Shown here: in pieces, positions 36,078-45,525 of the stretch
Numbering within the stretch: position 1 is the stretch's first letter
Layout: every line of letters begins with the position of its first letter
Source of the DNA: an uncultured Porphyromonadaceae bacterium
GTDB taxonomy: Bacteria; Bacteroidota; Bacteroidia; Bacteroidales; Barnesiellaceae_A
Direction: 5' to 3'
DNA length: 64,000 nt
Assembly: GCA_900538705.1 (NCBI GenBank)
Contig: UPZG01000003.1
Coordinates: 12,516-76,515, forward strand
The notes under the pieces: model-generated
Told to the model about the DNA's origin: nothing
Databases searched by the model: none
What the model saw: only the letters and a program-made list of their open reading frames with translations
Made by a program: the position numbers and the translations under genes

Positions 36078-37013
36078 ATGACACAAGGCATAGTGGTAAA
36101 AAGTACCGGAAGCTGGTATACGGTGAAAACCGACGATGGAAGGCTCTTGGATTGTAAGGTAAAAGGCTTATTCCGTTTACGCGGTATTCGCAGTACCAAT
36201 CCTGTGGCTGTGGGAGACCATGTACATGTGACAGTGGCGCAAGATGGTTCGGCCTATATCAAAGAGGTAGAGGCTCGGCGCAATTATATTGTGCGTCGCG
36301 CGTCGAATCTGTCGAAAGAGAGCCATATCATCGCTGCCAATATAGATGTGGCCGTGCTCATTATTACTGTAGAGCATCCGCGTACCAATCTTATCTTTGT
36401 TGACCGTTTTTTAGCTACTGCCGAGGCTTATGCTGTACCGGCTTGCATTGCTATTAATAAGTGTGATCTTTATGATGAAGAGGAAATGGAATATGCCCTT
36501 GGTGTCAAGCATTTATATGATACAGTGGGATATGCAACGGAGCTTGTCTCGGCAACTACAGGTGAGGGCTTGGAATGGCTTAGAAATCGGTTGCATGGTA
36601 AACTCGCTCTTTTCTCGGGAAACTCGGGTGTTGGAAAATCATCGCTGATAAACAGTCTAATTCCTGGCTTGAACTTGAAGACCGGTGAACTTTCGGTGCA
36701 ACACGATATGGGGATGCACACTACGACCTTTTCAGAAATGTATCCTATGCCCGATGGAGGATATATCATAGATACCCCAGGCATAAAAGGGTTTGGTACC
36801 ATCGATTTCGAACCTGCTACGGTGGCTCATTATTTCCCTGAGATTTTTGCTATTTCACACAATTGTCGTTTTAACAACTGTACCCATCGTAATGAACCTG
36901 GCTGCGCCGTGCTAAAGGCTTTGGAAGAACATTATATCAGCCAGTCGCGCTATGCCTCCTATCTGAGTATTATTGAAGATCATGAGGAGGGTAAGTATCG
37001 TACGGGATATTAG
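36078..37013 (+). CDS. rsgA: Ribosome small-subunit-dependent GTPase A
   Basis: Motif GNSGVGKSSLIN and zinc-knuckle motif CRFNNCTHRNEPGC. Confidence 0.93.
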   Translation: MTQGIVVKSTGSWYTVKTDDGRLLDCKVKGLFRLRGIRSTNPVAVGDHVHVTVAQDGSAYIKEVEARRNYIVRRASNLSKESHIIAANIDVAVLIITVEHPRTNLIFVDRFLATAEAYAVPACIAINKCDLYDEEEMEYALGVKHLYDTVGYATELVSATTGEGLEWLRNRLHGKLALFSGNSGVGKSSLINSLIPGLNLKTGELSVQHDMGMHTTTFSEMYPMPDGGYIIDTPGIKGFGTIDFEPATVAHYFPEIFAISHNCRFNNCTHRNEPGCAVLKALEEHYISQSRYASYLSIIEDHEEGKYRTGY

Positions 37014-37119
37014 TCGATGCGCTATTGAAGTTATCTTTAAGAAAAGGTGCTGTGTATGCCCACAGAGGGGATGGAGGTGATTTTTGTTGAGTCCTTGTTG
37101 GAATAAGTAGGGAACGGGT

Positions 37120-37155
37120 AAAAATAAAAAAAGTCGCTACCTTTTGGGTAGCGGC
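37120..37155 (-). terminator. Rho-independent terminator of the small lipoprotein gene
   Basis: Stem CGCTACC / GGTAGCG (37135-37141 / 37147-37153). TTTTTTTATTTTT follows on the minus strand. Confidence 0.65.
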
Positions 37156-37181
37156 TCAACTTCCTTTTGAGTCTGTCGCAA

Positions 37182-37385
37182 TTATTCAGCAACAACAGCT
37201 GAGTCGGCAGCTACTGCTGCGCCGCAATTGCCGGTGCAAGAATCGCAAGCGCAAGCAACTTCTTCTACAACAGTTTCAACAGCTACACTATCTTCGGTAG
37301 CTTCGGTAGCTTCGCTTGTTTTGTTTGTACAAGCAGCCAACGAAACTGCGCATGCAACAGCGAAGAATAAGACTAACTTTTTCAT
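37182..37385 (-). CDS. Small acidic Cys-cluster lipoprotein (67 aa)
   Basis: Lipobox SLAAC. The mature 48 aa are rich in E/A/V/T with a CACDSCTGNC cluster. The gene has its own -7 box and terminator. Confidence 0.6.
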   Translation of the reverse strand: MKKLVLFFAVACAVSLAACTNKTSEATEATEDSVAVETVVEEVACACDSCTGNCGAAVAADSAVVAE

Positions 37386-37434
37386 TTTTGTTTAATTAAA
37401 GATAAAACAATAACTTGTAGTTTCAAAAACGCCT

Positions 37435-37442
37435 CAAAGGTA
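37435..37442 (-). promoter_or_regulatory. -7 box (TAccTTTG) for the small lipoprotein gene
   Basis: CAAAGGTA on the + strand, 50 nt upstream of the ATG at 37385. Confidence 0.45.
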
Positions 37443-37528
37443 GATATTATTTTTTTAATATATATCAACCTTATGTGGTTTTTTTTGTCAATTTCTATAA
37501 AAAAATGGTTTTAAGCTCGATTGAGGGG

Positions 37529-39181
37529 CTATTTACTGTATAAATATCGTTTTATACTCCGTTTTGGGGTCTTTTCAAACTCTTCCCGATGTATTTTTAT
37601 GGCAGTTATTTTTTCATAGGGAGCGACCATTGTGTTCACCTGTATGCGGTTTTCTTCCATGATTTTATCGAGTTGACTCTCTTCCAGCTCATCGGTACTC
37701 AGTGCTTCATAGTCGGGAACAATAAGGGCTACAAGCTTATTGTTTCGTTCGACGACAAGGCTCTCGGCCACATACGGCATGTTGTTGATTTTAGCTTCTA
37801 TGATTTCGGGATATATGTTTTGTCCGTTTGCTCCAAGGAGCATGGTTTTGGACCTACCTTTTATAAATATAGTACCGTCGTGACTGATACTGCCTACGTC
37901 GCCGGTGTGGAGCCAACCCTCGCTATCTATAACATCGCGTGTAGCCTTTTCATTTTTGTAGTATCCAATCATGACATGTTCACCCCGTACGCATATTTCG
38001 CCGGTACTACCTTCAGGGATGGTCTTCGTTTCTACGTAGCCATGCAGGGTGCGTCCCGAAGAGAATGCTATAAATTCGCGATGCGGAGTGTAGCTTATAA
38101 GAGGAGCACACTCAGTCATGCCGTACCCTACTGTGAATGGGAACTTTATTTTACGCAAGAATGATTCTACCTCTGCATTAAGGGGGGCGCCTCCAACAAT
38201 GACCTCTTCGAATGAACCGCCTAATGCTTGTATAAGACCTTTATTTATTTTATTAAAGATGAGTGTGTTCACTATAGGGATTCGCAAAGCAATACGCATG
38301 AGAGGCTTGTTAATAAGAGGATGGAGTCGTTTACGATATATTTTCTCCAATACGAGCGGTACACATATGATAAGGTGAGGTTTTACCTCGGCAAGTGCTT
38401 TTATCAATATCTTGGGAGATGGTATCTTGCCCAACAGGGTAATGTGTGAACCTACGGCCAGCGGTACCAAGAAATCGAACGCACAACCGTAGGCGTGTGC
38501 CAGAGGCAGGAATGAAAGGCAACGGCTTCCACGATAATGCAAATGTGAACGTACCCCGAACATTACATTTCCCGCCAAATTGTTGCCCGAAAGCATAACC
38601 CCTTTGCTGAACCCTGTAGTGCCCGATGTATAGTTGATGATGGCTAGTTCTTCGTTGCTGTTGTCGGCATATACAATATCTTCGGGTGTAAATCCTTGGG
38701 GGTATGTGGCGATGAAATCGTCGTCAAGTCCGGCAAGAAATTGGTCGATTTTCTCGCCATCGCGTTGGAAGAGGCAGTTCGATTTATCTATCGATATGGC
38801 AGCCCTTATCTGTGAAAGTGCGGTCGGGTCAATATGCGCCCATATAGAGTCGTTGATGAAAAGAAGAACAGAGTCGGAGTGATTGACAATATGGCAAATA
38901 TCTTGTGGATTGAAGTCTTGTAAGATAGGTACAAGTACAGCTCCATATGTAATGATAGCCATGTACACGATGCACCATTGTGGCGTGTTTTTCCCTACAA
39001 GAGCTATTTTGTCACCCTTTTTGATGCCACACTTTTGCAATAGAATATGTACTTTGGCAATCTCTTCTGCCAGCTCCTTATAAAGCAATGTGTTTTGGGT
39101 GCTGTAATCGGTAAGAGCAGGTAAATCCCAATTTTTGCGAAAGCTGTCTTGGTAGATTTGTATAAAACGTTCTTCTATCAT
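37529..39181 (-). CDS. AMP-dependent synthetase / long-chain fatty-acid-CoA ligase
   Basis: Motifs YTSGTTGFSKGVMLS, GYGMTE and GWLHTGDVG. Confidence 0.88.
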   Translation of the reverse strand: MIEERFIQIYQDSFRKNWDLPALTDYSTQNTLLYKELAEEIAKVHILLQKCGIKKGDKIALVGKNTPQWCIVYMAIITYGAVLVPILQDFNPQDICHIVNHSDSVLLFINDSIWAHIDPTALSQIRAAISIDKSNCLFQRDGEKIDQFLAGLDDDFIATYPQGFTPEDIVYADNSNEELAIINYTSGTTGFSKGVMLSGNNLAGNVMFGVRSHLHYRGSRCLSFLPLAHAYGCAFDFLVPLAVGSHITLLGKIPSPKILIKALAEVKPHLIICVPLVLEKIYRKRLHPLINKPLMRIALRIPIVNTLIFNKINKGLIQALGGSFEEVIVGGAPLNAEVESFLRKIKFPFTVGYGMTECAPLISYTPHREFIAFSSGRTLHGYVETKTIPEGSTGEICVRGEHVMIGYYKNEKATRDVIDSEGWLHTGDVGSISHDGTIFIKGRSKTMLLGANGQNIYPEIIEAKINNMPYVAESLVVERNNKLVALIVPDYEALSTDELEESQLDKIMEENRIQVNTMVAPYEKITAIKIHREEFEKTPKRSIKRYLYSK

Positions 39182-39342
39182 GTTAGTTTAGTTCAGTTCG
39201 TTGTCCAAGTTTTCGTGATATTTCGGAGCGCAAAAGTAAGGAAAGTTTTTAGTTTTAAACGATTAATATGCTAACTATTCGTCCCATCAGGTATATTTTA
39301 AGCACAAAATGCCTACCTTTGGGCAAAATTTAGAGGCTTGTA

Positions 39343-40671
39343 ATGATAGATAACACCGTTTTTCAAGATAAAACTGCCGTTTACTACACGTTGGGTTGTA
39401 AACTCAATTTTGCCGAGACTTCAACGTTGGGACAATTGCTTGCCGAGCAAGGCATTAGAAAGGCGCGCCCTGGCGAGAAGGCCGATTTGTGTGTGATAAA
39501 TACCTGCTCGGTAACGGAGTTAGCCGATAAGAAGTGCCGTCAGGCTATACGTCGTATAGCTCGAAAGCACCCGGGCGCTTTTGTCGTGGTTACGGGTTGT
39601 TATGCTCAGTTGAAGAGCGACGAGGTCGCTACTATGCCTGAGGTCGATTTGGTATTGGGTGCCGAGCAGAAATTAGACTTGCCCAAGTATTTGCCCATGT
39701 TGGCAAAAGAAGAGCATGAAGCCTACGTTGTGACACCGTGGAAAGAAATTACGACCTTTTCGCCCTCATGTTCACGAGGTGACCGTACCCGCTATTTCTT
39801 GAAGGTGCAAGATGGGTGTGATTATTTTTGTACTTATTGTACCATACCTATGGCGAGAGGTCGCAGTCGTAGCGGTACAGTAGAGCAGCTCACTGAGCAG
39901 GCGCGCCGTGTAGCTGACGAAGGAGGAAAGGAGATTGTTATTACGGGTGTCAATATAGGAGATTTTGGTAAGCGAAATGGCGAGACGTTTCTTTCGCTGA
40001 TAGCATCACTCGACACAGTGGAAGGAATAGAACGGTATCGTATCTCTTCTATTGAGCCCGATTTACTGACCGACGAGATAATTGCTTTTGTTGCCTCTTC
40101 CAAACGCTTCTGTCCGCATTTTCATATTCCGTTACAATCGGGAAGCGACTCAGTGCTGCGTCTTATGAGGCGGCATTATGACACAGCTCTTTTTGCCGAT
40201 AAGGTGGCAACTATCAAACGATATATGCCCCATGCTTTTATTGGTGTAGATGTTATTGCCGGCATGCGGGGTGAGACCGACGAGCGTTTCGAAGAGAGCT
40301 ATCGCTTTATAGAGTCGTTAGATATTTCGCAACTACATGCTTTTACCTATTCAGAGCGTCCTAATACCAGGGCGTTGACCATAGAACCCGTAGTGCCGGT
40401 ACATGTTCGTCACGAGCGATGCAATCGTCTGATACAGCTCTCTGAGCAGAAATTGCATGATTTTTATGCCCGGTATGTGGGGAGTGTACGACAAGTTCTT
40501 TTTGAACAACCTGTGAAGGGACATCCCATGCATGGGTTTACCGATAACTATATACGGGTAGAAATGTCGGCGGTACCCGAAGCTGTCAATACCGTACGCG
40601 CCGTTGTATTGGGCGAGAGTAATGAGCAGGGCGATGCCCTCACCGCTCGTTTTGTGGAGGAGTCGATATGA
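39343..40671 (+). CDS. mtaB: tRNA (t6A37) methylthiotransferase MtaB (radical SAM)
   Basis: MTTase N-domain (YTLGCKLNFAE), radical SAM motif CDYFCTYC, and a TRAM-like C-terminus. Confidence 0.9.
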   Translation: MIDNTVFQDKTAVYYTLGCKLNFAETSTLGQLLAEQGIRKARPGEKADLCVINTCSVTELADKKCRQAIRRIARKHPGAFVVVTGCYAQLKSDEVATMPEVDLVLGAEQKLDLPKYLPMLAKEEHEAYVVTPWKEITTFSPSCSRGDRTRYFLKVQDGCDYFCTYCTIPMARGRSRSGTVEQLTEQARRVADEGGKEIVITGVNIGDFGKRNGETFLSLIASLDTVEGIERYRISSIEPDLLTDEIIAFVASSKRFCPHFHIPLQSGSDSVLRLMRRHYDTALFADKVATIKRYMPHAFIGVDVIAGMRGETDERFEESYRFIESLDISQLHAFTYSERPNTRALTIEPVVPVHVRHERCNRLIQLSEQKLHDFYARYVGSVRQVLFEQPVKGHPMHGFTDNYIRVEMSAVPEAVNTVRAVVLGESNEQGDALTARFVEESI

Positions 40672-41582
40672 GGCATATAGCAGAAGATACGGCTTATTAT
40701 CTACTCTATGGAGTATTGTATTTGTTGGCATTATTGCCATGGGCCATATTATACCTACTGAGCGATATACTATATTATATAGTATATTATATAATAAGGT
40801 ATAGACGTAAGGTAGTACGTGCCAATCTTGAAATGGCTTACCCTTTAAAAACTGAACAGCAACGGCGAGACATAGAACGTCATTTTTATCGGTTTCTGGC
40901 TGATTATGTTGTGGAAACCATCAAGTTACTGCATATAAGTGATGCTGAGACAAAACGTCGAATGCGCTTTGAGAATGCCGAATTGATAGACCGTTTGACA
41001 AGTGAAGGACGTTCTGTTATCTTATTATTGGGGCATTATGGTAATTGGGAGTGGATACCTTCCCTCACCATGTGGTGCGATAACAGTCGGTTTGCCGGGG
41101 GACAGATATACCGCCCGTTGCGAAACCGTTGTTTCGACCGTTTATTCTTACATTTGCGCACGCGATTTGGTACAGAGTGTATTGCCAAAAAGGATACTTT
41201 GCGTGTGTTGTTGCAGCATAAACGTAGTGGAAAGCCTTTTGTTACCGGTTTTATGGCCGATCAAACACCCTCACCATCCAATATTCATCACTGGACTATG
41301 TTTATGGGCATGCCTACACCGGTACTTACCGGATACGAAACTTTGGCCCGGAAACTGGATGCTGCCGTTGTATATATCGATGTGGAGATACTCTCTCGCG
41401 GTTATTATAAGGCTGTATTCAAGTTGATGGAAGAGCATCCGGCCAATAATACCGAGGGCTTCCCGGTCGCCGACCGTTATATGGCGGCTATGGAGGATAC
41501 TATCAGCCGTTCGCCTCATGCGTGGTTGTGGACTCATAAAAGATGGAAACATTCTCATTTGTTTGTAAATAGTACGATATGA
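40668..41582 (+). CDS. Lipid A biosynthesis (LpxL/HtrB-type) lysophospholipid acyltransferase
   Basis: N-terminal TM segment, motif GHYGNWEW, and HAWLWTHKRWK at the C-terminus. ATGA overlap with mtaB. Confidence 0.85.
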   Translation: MRHIAEDTAYYLLYGVLYLLALLPWAILYLLSDILYYIVYYIIRYRRKVVRANLEMAYPLKTEQQRRDIERHFYRFLADYVVETIKLLHISDAETKRRMRFENAELIDRLTSEGRSVILLLGHYGNWEWIPSLTMWCDNSRFAGGQIYRPLRNRCFDRLFLHLRTRFGTECIAKKDTLRVLLQHKRSGKPFVTGFMADQTPSPSNIHHWTMFMGMPTPVLTGYETLARKLDAAVVYIDVEILSRGYYKAVFKLMEEHPANNTEGFPVADRYMAAMEDTISRSPHAWLWTHKRWKHSHLFVNSTI

Positions 41583-42586
41583 AATCTGTCGCTGTCGTAA
41601 TACTTAATTGGAATGGAGCTTCGCTACTTTCGGAGTTCTTGCCCTCTGTATGTCGCTATACATCGCCCGATGTGGCCGATGTGATTGTGGCCGATAATGG
41701 TTCTACCGATCATTCATTTCAGTTGTTGGAGCATGATTTTCCACAAGTAGGGATTATTCGTTTTTCCCAAAATCATGGATTTGCCGAGGGGTATAATCAA
41801 GCTGTGAAACAACTGACAGACTATCGATATATAGTGTTGCTCAACTCAGATGTTGCAGTGTCTGAGGGGTGGTTAGAGCCTCTTTGGGATTATGCCGAGG
41901 CGCACCCCGAAGTAGGGGCTCTACAACCCAAGATACGCTCGTATCGTAATCCTTCGCAATTTGAATATGCCGGTGCGTGTGGAGGTTTCTTAGACTGTAA
42001 CGGTTACCCGTTTTGTCGAGGACGTATTTTTGATACAGTAGAGGAAGATAACGGGCAGTATGACGATGTGACAGATATATTTTGGGCTTCGGGAGCCGCC
42101 TTGTTTATACGTCGCGACGTATATGTGGCTGTGGGGGGGCTTGATGCCGATTTCTTTGCTCACATGGAAGAGATAGATTTATGTTGGCGTGTAAGATTGG
42201 CCGGATATGCAGTGAGGGTTGTGCCTATGTCGGTAGTGTATCATCTTGGAGGTGCAACGCTCGACAATTCCAATCCCTATAAACTTTATCTTAATTTCAG
42301 GAACAACCTGCTTATGATGTATAAAAATCTTCCGGTTCGTGAGGGGCGTCGAGCTTTGTTTATACGCAGGCTTTACGATACCATGGCACTGTTCCGCTAT
42401 TTACTTACTGGGAAATTTGCTTGTGTAAAAGCCGTATGGTTGGCACATGTCGACTTCAGAAGTATGCGTAGTATGTATACGGCTCAACCAGCAGAGAATA
42501 TCTTGAAAGCAATTCCAGTGTGTCGTCATAATATTGTATGGGATTATTTTATCAAACATATACGGCAGTTTTCAGAACTTAAATAA
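41579..42586 (+). CDS. Glycosyltransferase family 2
   Basis: Motifs VAVVILNWNG, DNGSTD and EEIDLCWR. ATGA overlap with the upstream gene. Confidence 0.88.
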   Translation: MKSVAVVILNWNGASLLSEFLPSVCRYTSPDVADVIVADNGSTDHSFQLLEHDFPQVGIIRFSQNHGFAEGYNQAVKQLTDYRYIVLLNSDVAVSEGWLEPLWDYAEAHPEVGALQPKIRSYRNPSQFEYAGACGGFLDCNGYPFCRGRIFDTVEEDNGQYDDVTDIFWASGAALFIRRDVYVAVGGLDADFFAHMEEIDLCWRVRLAGYAVRVVPMSVVYHLGGATLDNSNPYKLYLNFRNNLLMMYKNLPVREGRRALFIRRLYDTMALFRYLLTGKFACVKAVWLAHVDFRSMRSMYTAQPAENILKAIPVCRHNIVWDYFIKHIRQFSELK

Positions 42587-42715
42587 TAGGATATTGGCAA
42601 GTTAATTTTACAAAATAAACTGCCATGATATGATTCATATGCTTTTAAAATGGTTGTAAATACGGGTGGCTTTTCATAACTTCGCCACGTAGTTTACGAT
42701 ACCAACAGACACTCT

Positions 42716-44023
42716 ATGCTATATTATAGTACTCGAAAACAATCGCCAATGGTCTCGTTGAAGGAGGCTCTCATGAGAGGTTTGGCTCCTGATGGAGGGC
42801 TATACATGCCGCAGACCATACGACTTTATCCTCCGGCATTCTATAAGAATATGGCCGGTATGTCGTTGCGTGAAATTTCATTTATCGTTGCCGAAGCCTT
42901 TTGGAATGACGATATTCCGGCCGATGTCTTGCAAGAGATAGTATATGACGCTATCAATTTCGATATGCCACTTGTCAAGGTGGCCGAGAATCGGTATCTT
43001 ATAGAGCTGTTTCATGGCCCTTCGTTTTCATTCAAAGATGTTGGCGTTCGTTTCCTGTCTCGGTTACTGAGATATTTCGGTGGTAAGACCGCACAAAAGA
43101 CTGTCAATATTTTTGCTTCTACTACAGGTGATACGGGAGCGGCTCTGGCTGAGGAATTTGCTGGCGTACCAGGCGTAAGGGTTTATATACTTTATCCGCA
43201 TGCCAAGGTGAGTGACATGCAGGAAAAACAGATGTCAGTGCCCAGTGGTAATGTAGTCCCAATAGAGGTTGATGGTACGTTTGAAGATTGTCAGAATCTT
43301 GTACGACAAGTATTTATTGATAAAGAACTTCGTCGTAATATCCTTATAACATCGGCCAACTCGGTGAATATAGCTTGCCTTTTGCCACAGTCGTTCTACT
43401 ATTTTTATGCATATGCCAATCTGTTGAAAATGGTAGATAAACCAACCGATGTGGTGTGCAGTGTGCCTTGTGGTAGCTATGGTATTCTTGTGGCCGGGTT
43501 GATAGCCAAGCGTATGGGTTTGCCTGTGAAGCGTTTTGTAGCTGTTACCAATTGCAACGATACATTTGTGCGTTATCTTAATACGGGCGATTTTAGACCT
43601 CAACCTGTCGTGTCGACAATGGCTCGTTCAATGAATGTGGAGGCGCCTTCTAATATAGAACGTATAAGTGAACTGTATGCCAATGCTCATGACCGTTTGA
43701 AAGTCGATATAGAGTGTGTGAGCTATAATGATGAGCAGATTGGCGAGACAATACGCCGTGTTTATGGCGAAGCCGATTATTTGCTCGACCCCCATGGAGC
43801 TGTTGCGTATAAAGCTCTTGAAGAGCGGCTTCGTCCCGGCGAGATAGGCATTTCGCTCGAGCCTGTACATCCGGCCAAGTTTGTCGAAAATGAGAAAAAT
43901 ATTTTAAATATTGATAAGCCTCTACCTTCGCAATTAGCAGATGTCATGAGACGCCATAAACGCAGTATTCCTATGTCGCCTCTTTTTGCCGATTTGAAGA
44001 AATTCTTGTTACAAGAAATGTAA
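42716..44023 (+). CDS. thrC: Threonine synthase
   Basis: N-terminus MLYYSTRKQSP...GLAPDGGLYMP. PLP-lysine motif FSFKDVG. Confidence 0.92.
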   Translation: MLYYSTRKQSPMVSLKEALMRGLAPDGGLYMPQTIRLYPPAFYKNMAGMSLREISFIVAEAFWNDDIPADVLQEIVYDAINFDMPLVKVAENRYLIELFHGPSFSFKDVGVRFLSRLLRYFGGKTAQKTVNIFASTTGDTGAALAEEFAGVPGVRVYILYPHAKVSDMQEKQMSVPSGNVVPIEVDGTFEDCQNLVRQVFIDKELRRNILITSANSVNIACLLPQSFYYFYAYANLLKMVDKPTDVVCSVPCGSYGILVAGLIAKRMGLPVKRFVAVTNCNDTFVRYLNTGDFRPQPVVSTMARSMNVEAPSNIERISELYANAHDRLKVDIECVSYNDEQIGETIRRVYGEADYLLDPHGAVAYKALEERLRPGEIGISLEPVHPAKFVENEKNILNIDKPLPSQLADVMRRHKRSIPMSPLFADLKKFLLQEM

Positions 44024-44028
44024 TCTAG

Positions 44029-44934
44029 CTATCGCAGCTTGAGAGTGTCTCCCGGAGACAGAGTAGCATCACGCCGCATTTTGTTTCGTTTGGCAAGATG
44101 TTTTAGTTGGATACCATATAGTTGGGAGATGTCAAGTAAGGTTTCGCCCTCTTTTACGACATGCAGATTGAAGCCCTCGGCAGCTTTTTTGTTTTTCTTT
44201 TCCAGATATACGATGTCGCCTGCTGATAGTGTAACGTCAGTTTTGCTATCATTGTAACGAGCCAGCTCCTTGGGCGAAAAGCCAAAGTCGGCAGCAATGT
44301 TTTGGTAAGTGTCGCCTTCGAAAGCTTCGACGTATAGAAGGCCCCATGAGCGATATACGGCATGTCGTGGAGTAGCTGTACGATATGCGGTTTCGTCGGT
44401 GTTTTCTTCTTTTTTCTCGATACGTTTTGTTTTCTTTACAAAGCGATTGAGGTCATATAGTTCTATGATGTTTATGAGCTTTTCGGCATATGAGGGGTCG
44501 GTGGCATATCCGTATTTTTTCAGCCCGCGAGCCCAACCCTTATAATCGGTAAGTTTTAGTTTAAATAAATTTTGGTAACGGTCTCGAAGTAAAAATTCAG
44601 AATGGTCGCGGTATGACTCTTCGGCACTGCGATATTTGCGGTAGCAATCGCGTTTGTAATGAATGGTAGCACCATCCCACTCATGACACTTTATGCCGAA
44701 GTGGTTGTTGGCTTTGCGTGATAGTTCGCTGGTACCGGCCCCCGATTCGAGCAAACCTTGAGCCAGGGTGATACTGGCTGGGATACCATAACGTTGTTGG
44801 TGTTCTTGTGCCAAGCGGTAGAACTTCTCGATATACGCTTCGTACTGTTGGTTGCGACGACTTTGAGCCGTCGTGTCGGGCATTAGGAGTAATGTTGCCA
44901 CGACAATCATAATAAAAGTGACGATTCTCTTCAC
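44029..44934 (-). CDS. Secreted N-acetylglucosaminidase-domain protein with two LysM domains
   Basis: Glucosaminidase motif (ITLAQGLLESGAGTSELSRKANNHFGIKC) and two C-terminal LysM domains. Start trimmed to GTG 44934 (VKRIVTFIMIVVATLLL signal peptide), with ATG 44910 as an alternative. The track ORF runs on to 45378 only because no stop intervenes. Confidence 0.8.
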   Translation of the reverse strand: MKRIVTFIMIVVATLLLMPDTTAQSRRNQQYEAYIEKFYRLAQEHQQRYGIPASITLAQGLLESGAGTSELSRKANNHFGIKCHEWDGATIHYKRDCYRKYRSAEESYRDHSEFLLRDRYQNLFKLKLTDYKGWARGLKKYGYATDPSYAEKLINIIELYDLNRFVKKTKRIEKKEENTDETAYRTATPRHAVYRSWGLLYVEAFEGDTYQNIAADFGFSPKELARYNDSKTDVTLSAGDIVYLEKKNKKAAEGFNLHVVKEGETLLDISQLYGIQLKHLAKRNKMRRDATLSPGDTLKLR

Positions 44935-45030
44935 GCAGAAAAAGATTATTTGCCGAAAAAAGGTTTTGACGATATCCGATTTTCCGATGAAAACAGTTAT
45001 ATTTGTGCAAGTAGAGACAATGTAAGCTGT

Positions 45031-45507
45031 ATGGAAAAAGCGAATATCGTTACAAATATACTTGTTTGCAGTTATAATGAGTTGACTGAAGAGCAAAAAA
45101 AATTGGTAGATTGTGCCAAGGAAGCCTCTACAAGGGCTTATGCTCCCTATTCGTGTTTTAGTGTGGGGGCTGCAGCTTTGCTTGATAATGGGGAAATCAT
45201 AGAAGGTAGCAATCAGGAAAACGCAGCTTATCCGTCGGGCATTTGTGCCGAACGTACCACACTCTTTTATGCTGGGGCACGTTATCCTGACAGCCCGGTA
45301 CGGAAATTGGCTATCGCTGCCATGAAAGACGGAGCATATATAGCTTTGCCTACAGCACCTTGCGGAGCTTGTCGGCAAGTTATCCTTGAGACGGAGAACC
45401 GTTATGATTCACCCATAGAGATATTGCTTTACGGGGAGGAAAAAACATATATTGTTTCTTCGATAAAAGAGTTGTTGCCGTTGAGTTTTGGAAAAGACAA
45501 CCTTTGA
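45031..45507 (+). CDS. cdd: Cytidine deaminase
   Basis: Motifs CAERTTLF and PCGACRQV. Start moved to MEKANIV (ATG at 45031). Confidence 0.9.
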   Translation: MEKANIVTNILVCSYNELTEEQKKLVDCAKEASTRAYAPYSCFSVGAAALLDNGEIIEGSNQENAAYPSGICAERTTLFYAGARYPDSPVRKLAIAAMKDGAYIALPTAPCGACRQVILETENRYDSPIEILLYGEEKTYIVSSIKELLPLSFGKDNL

Positions 45508-45525
45508 TTCCATAGTTTGTCGAGG

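Noticed and set aside
35861-36157. 98-aa + strand ORF upstream of and overlapping the rsgA start.
   Set aside because: It lies in AT-rich promoter DNA and overlaps the rsgA -7 box and start. The sequence is hydrophobic and Cys-rich with no motifs.
44935-45378. N-terminal extension of about 150 aa on the glucosaminidase/LysM ORF (the track gives 449 aa).
   Set aside because: The extension overlaps cdd on the opposite strand and is Cys/Phe/Ile-rich nonsense. A good signal peptide begins at 44934/44910.
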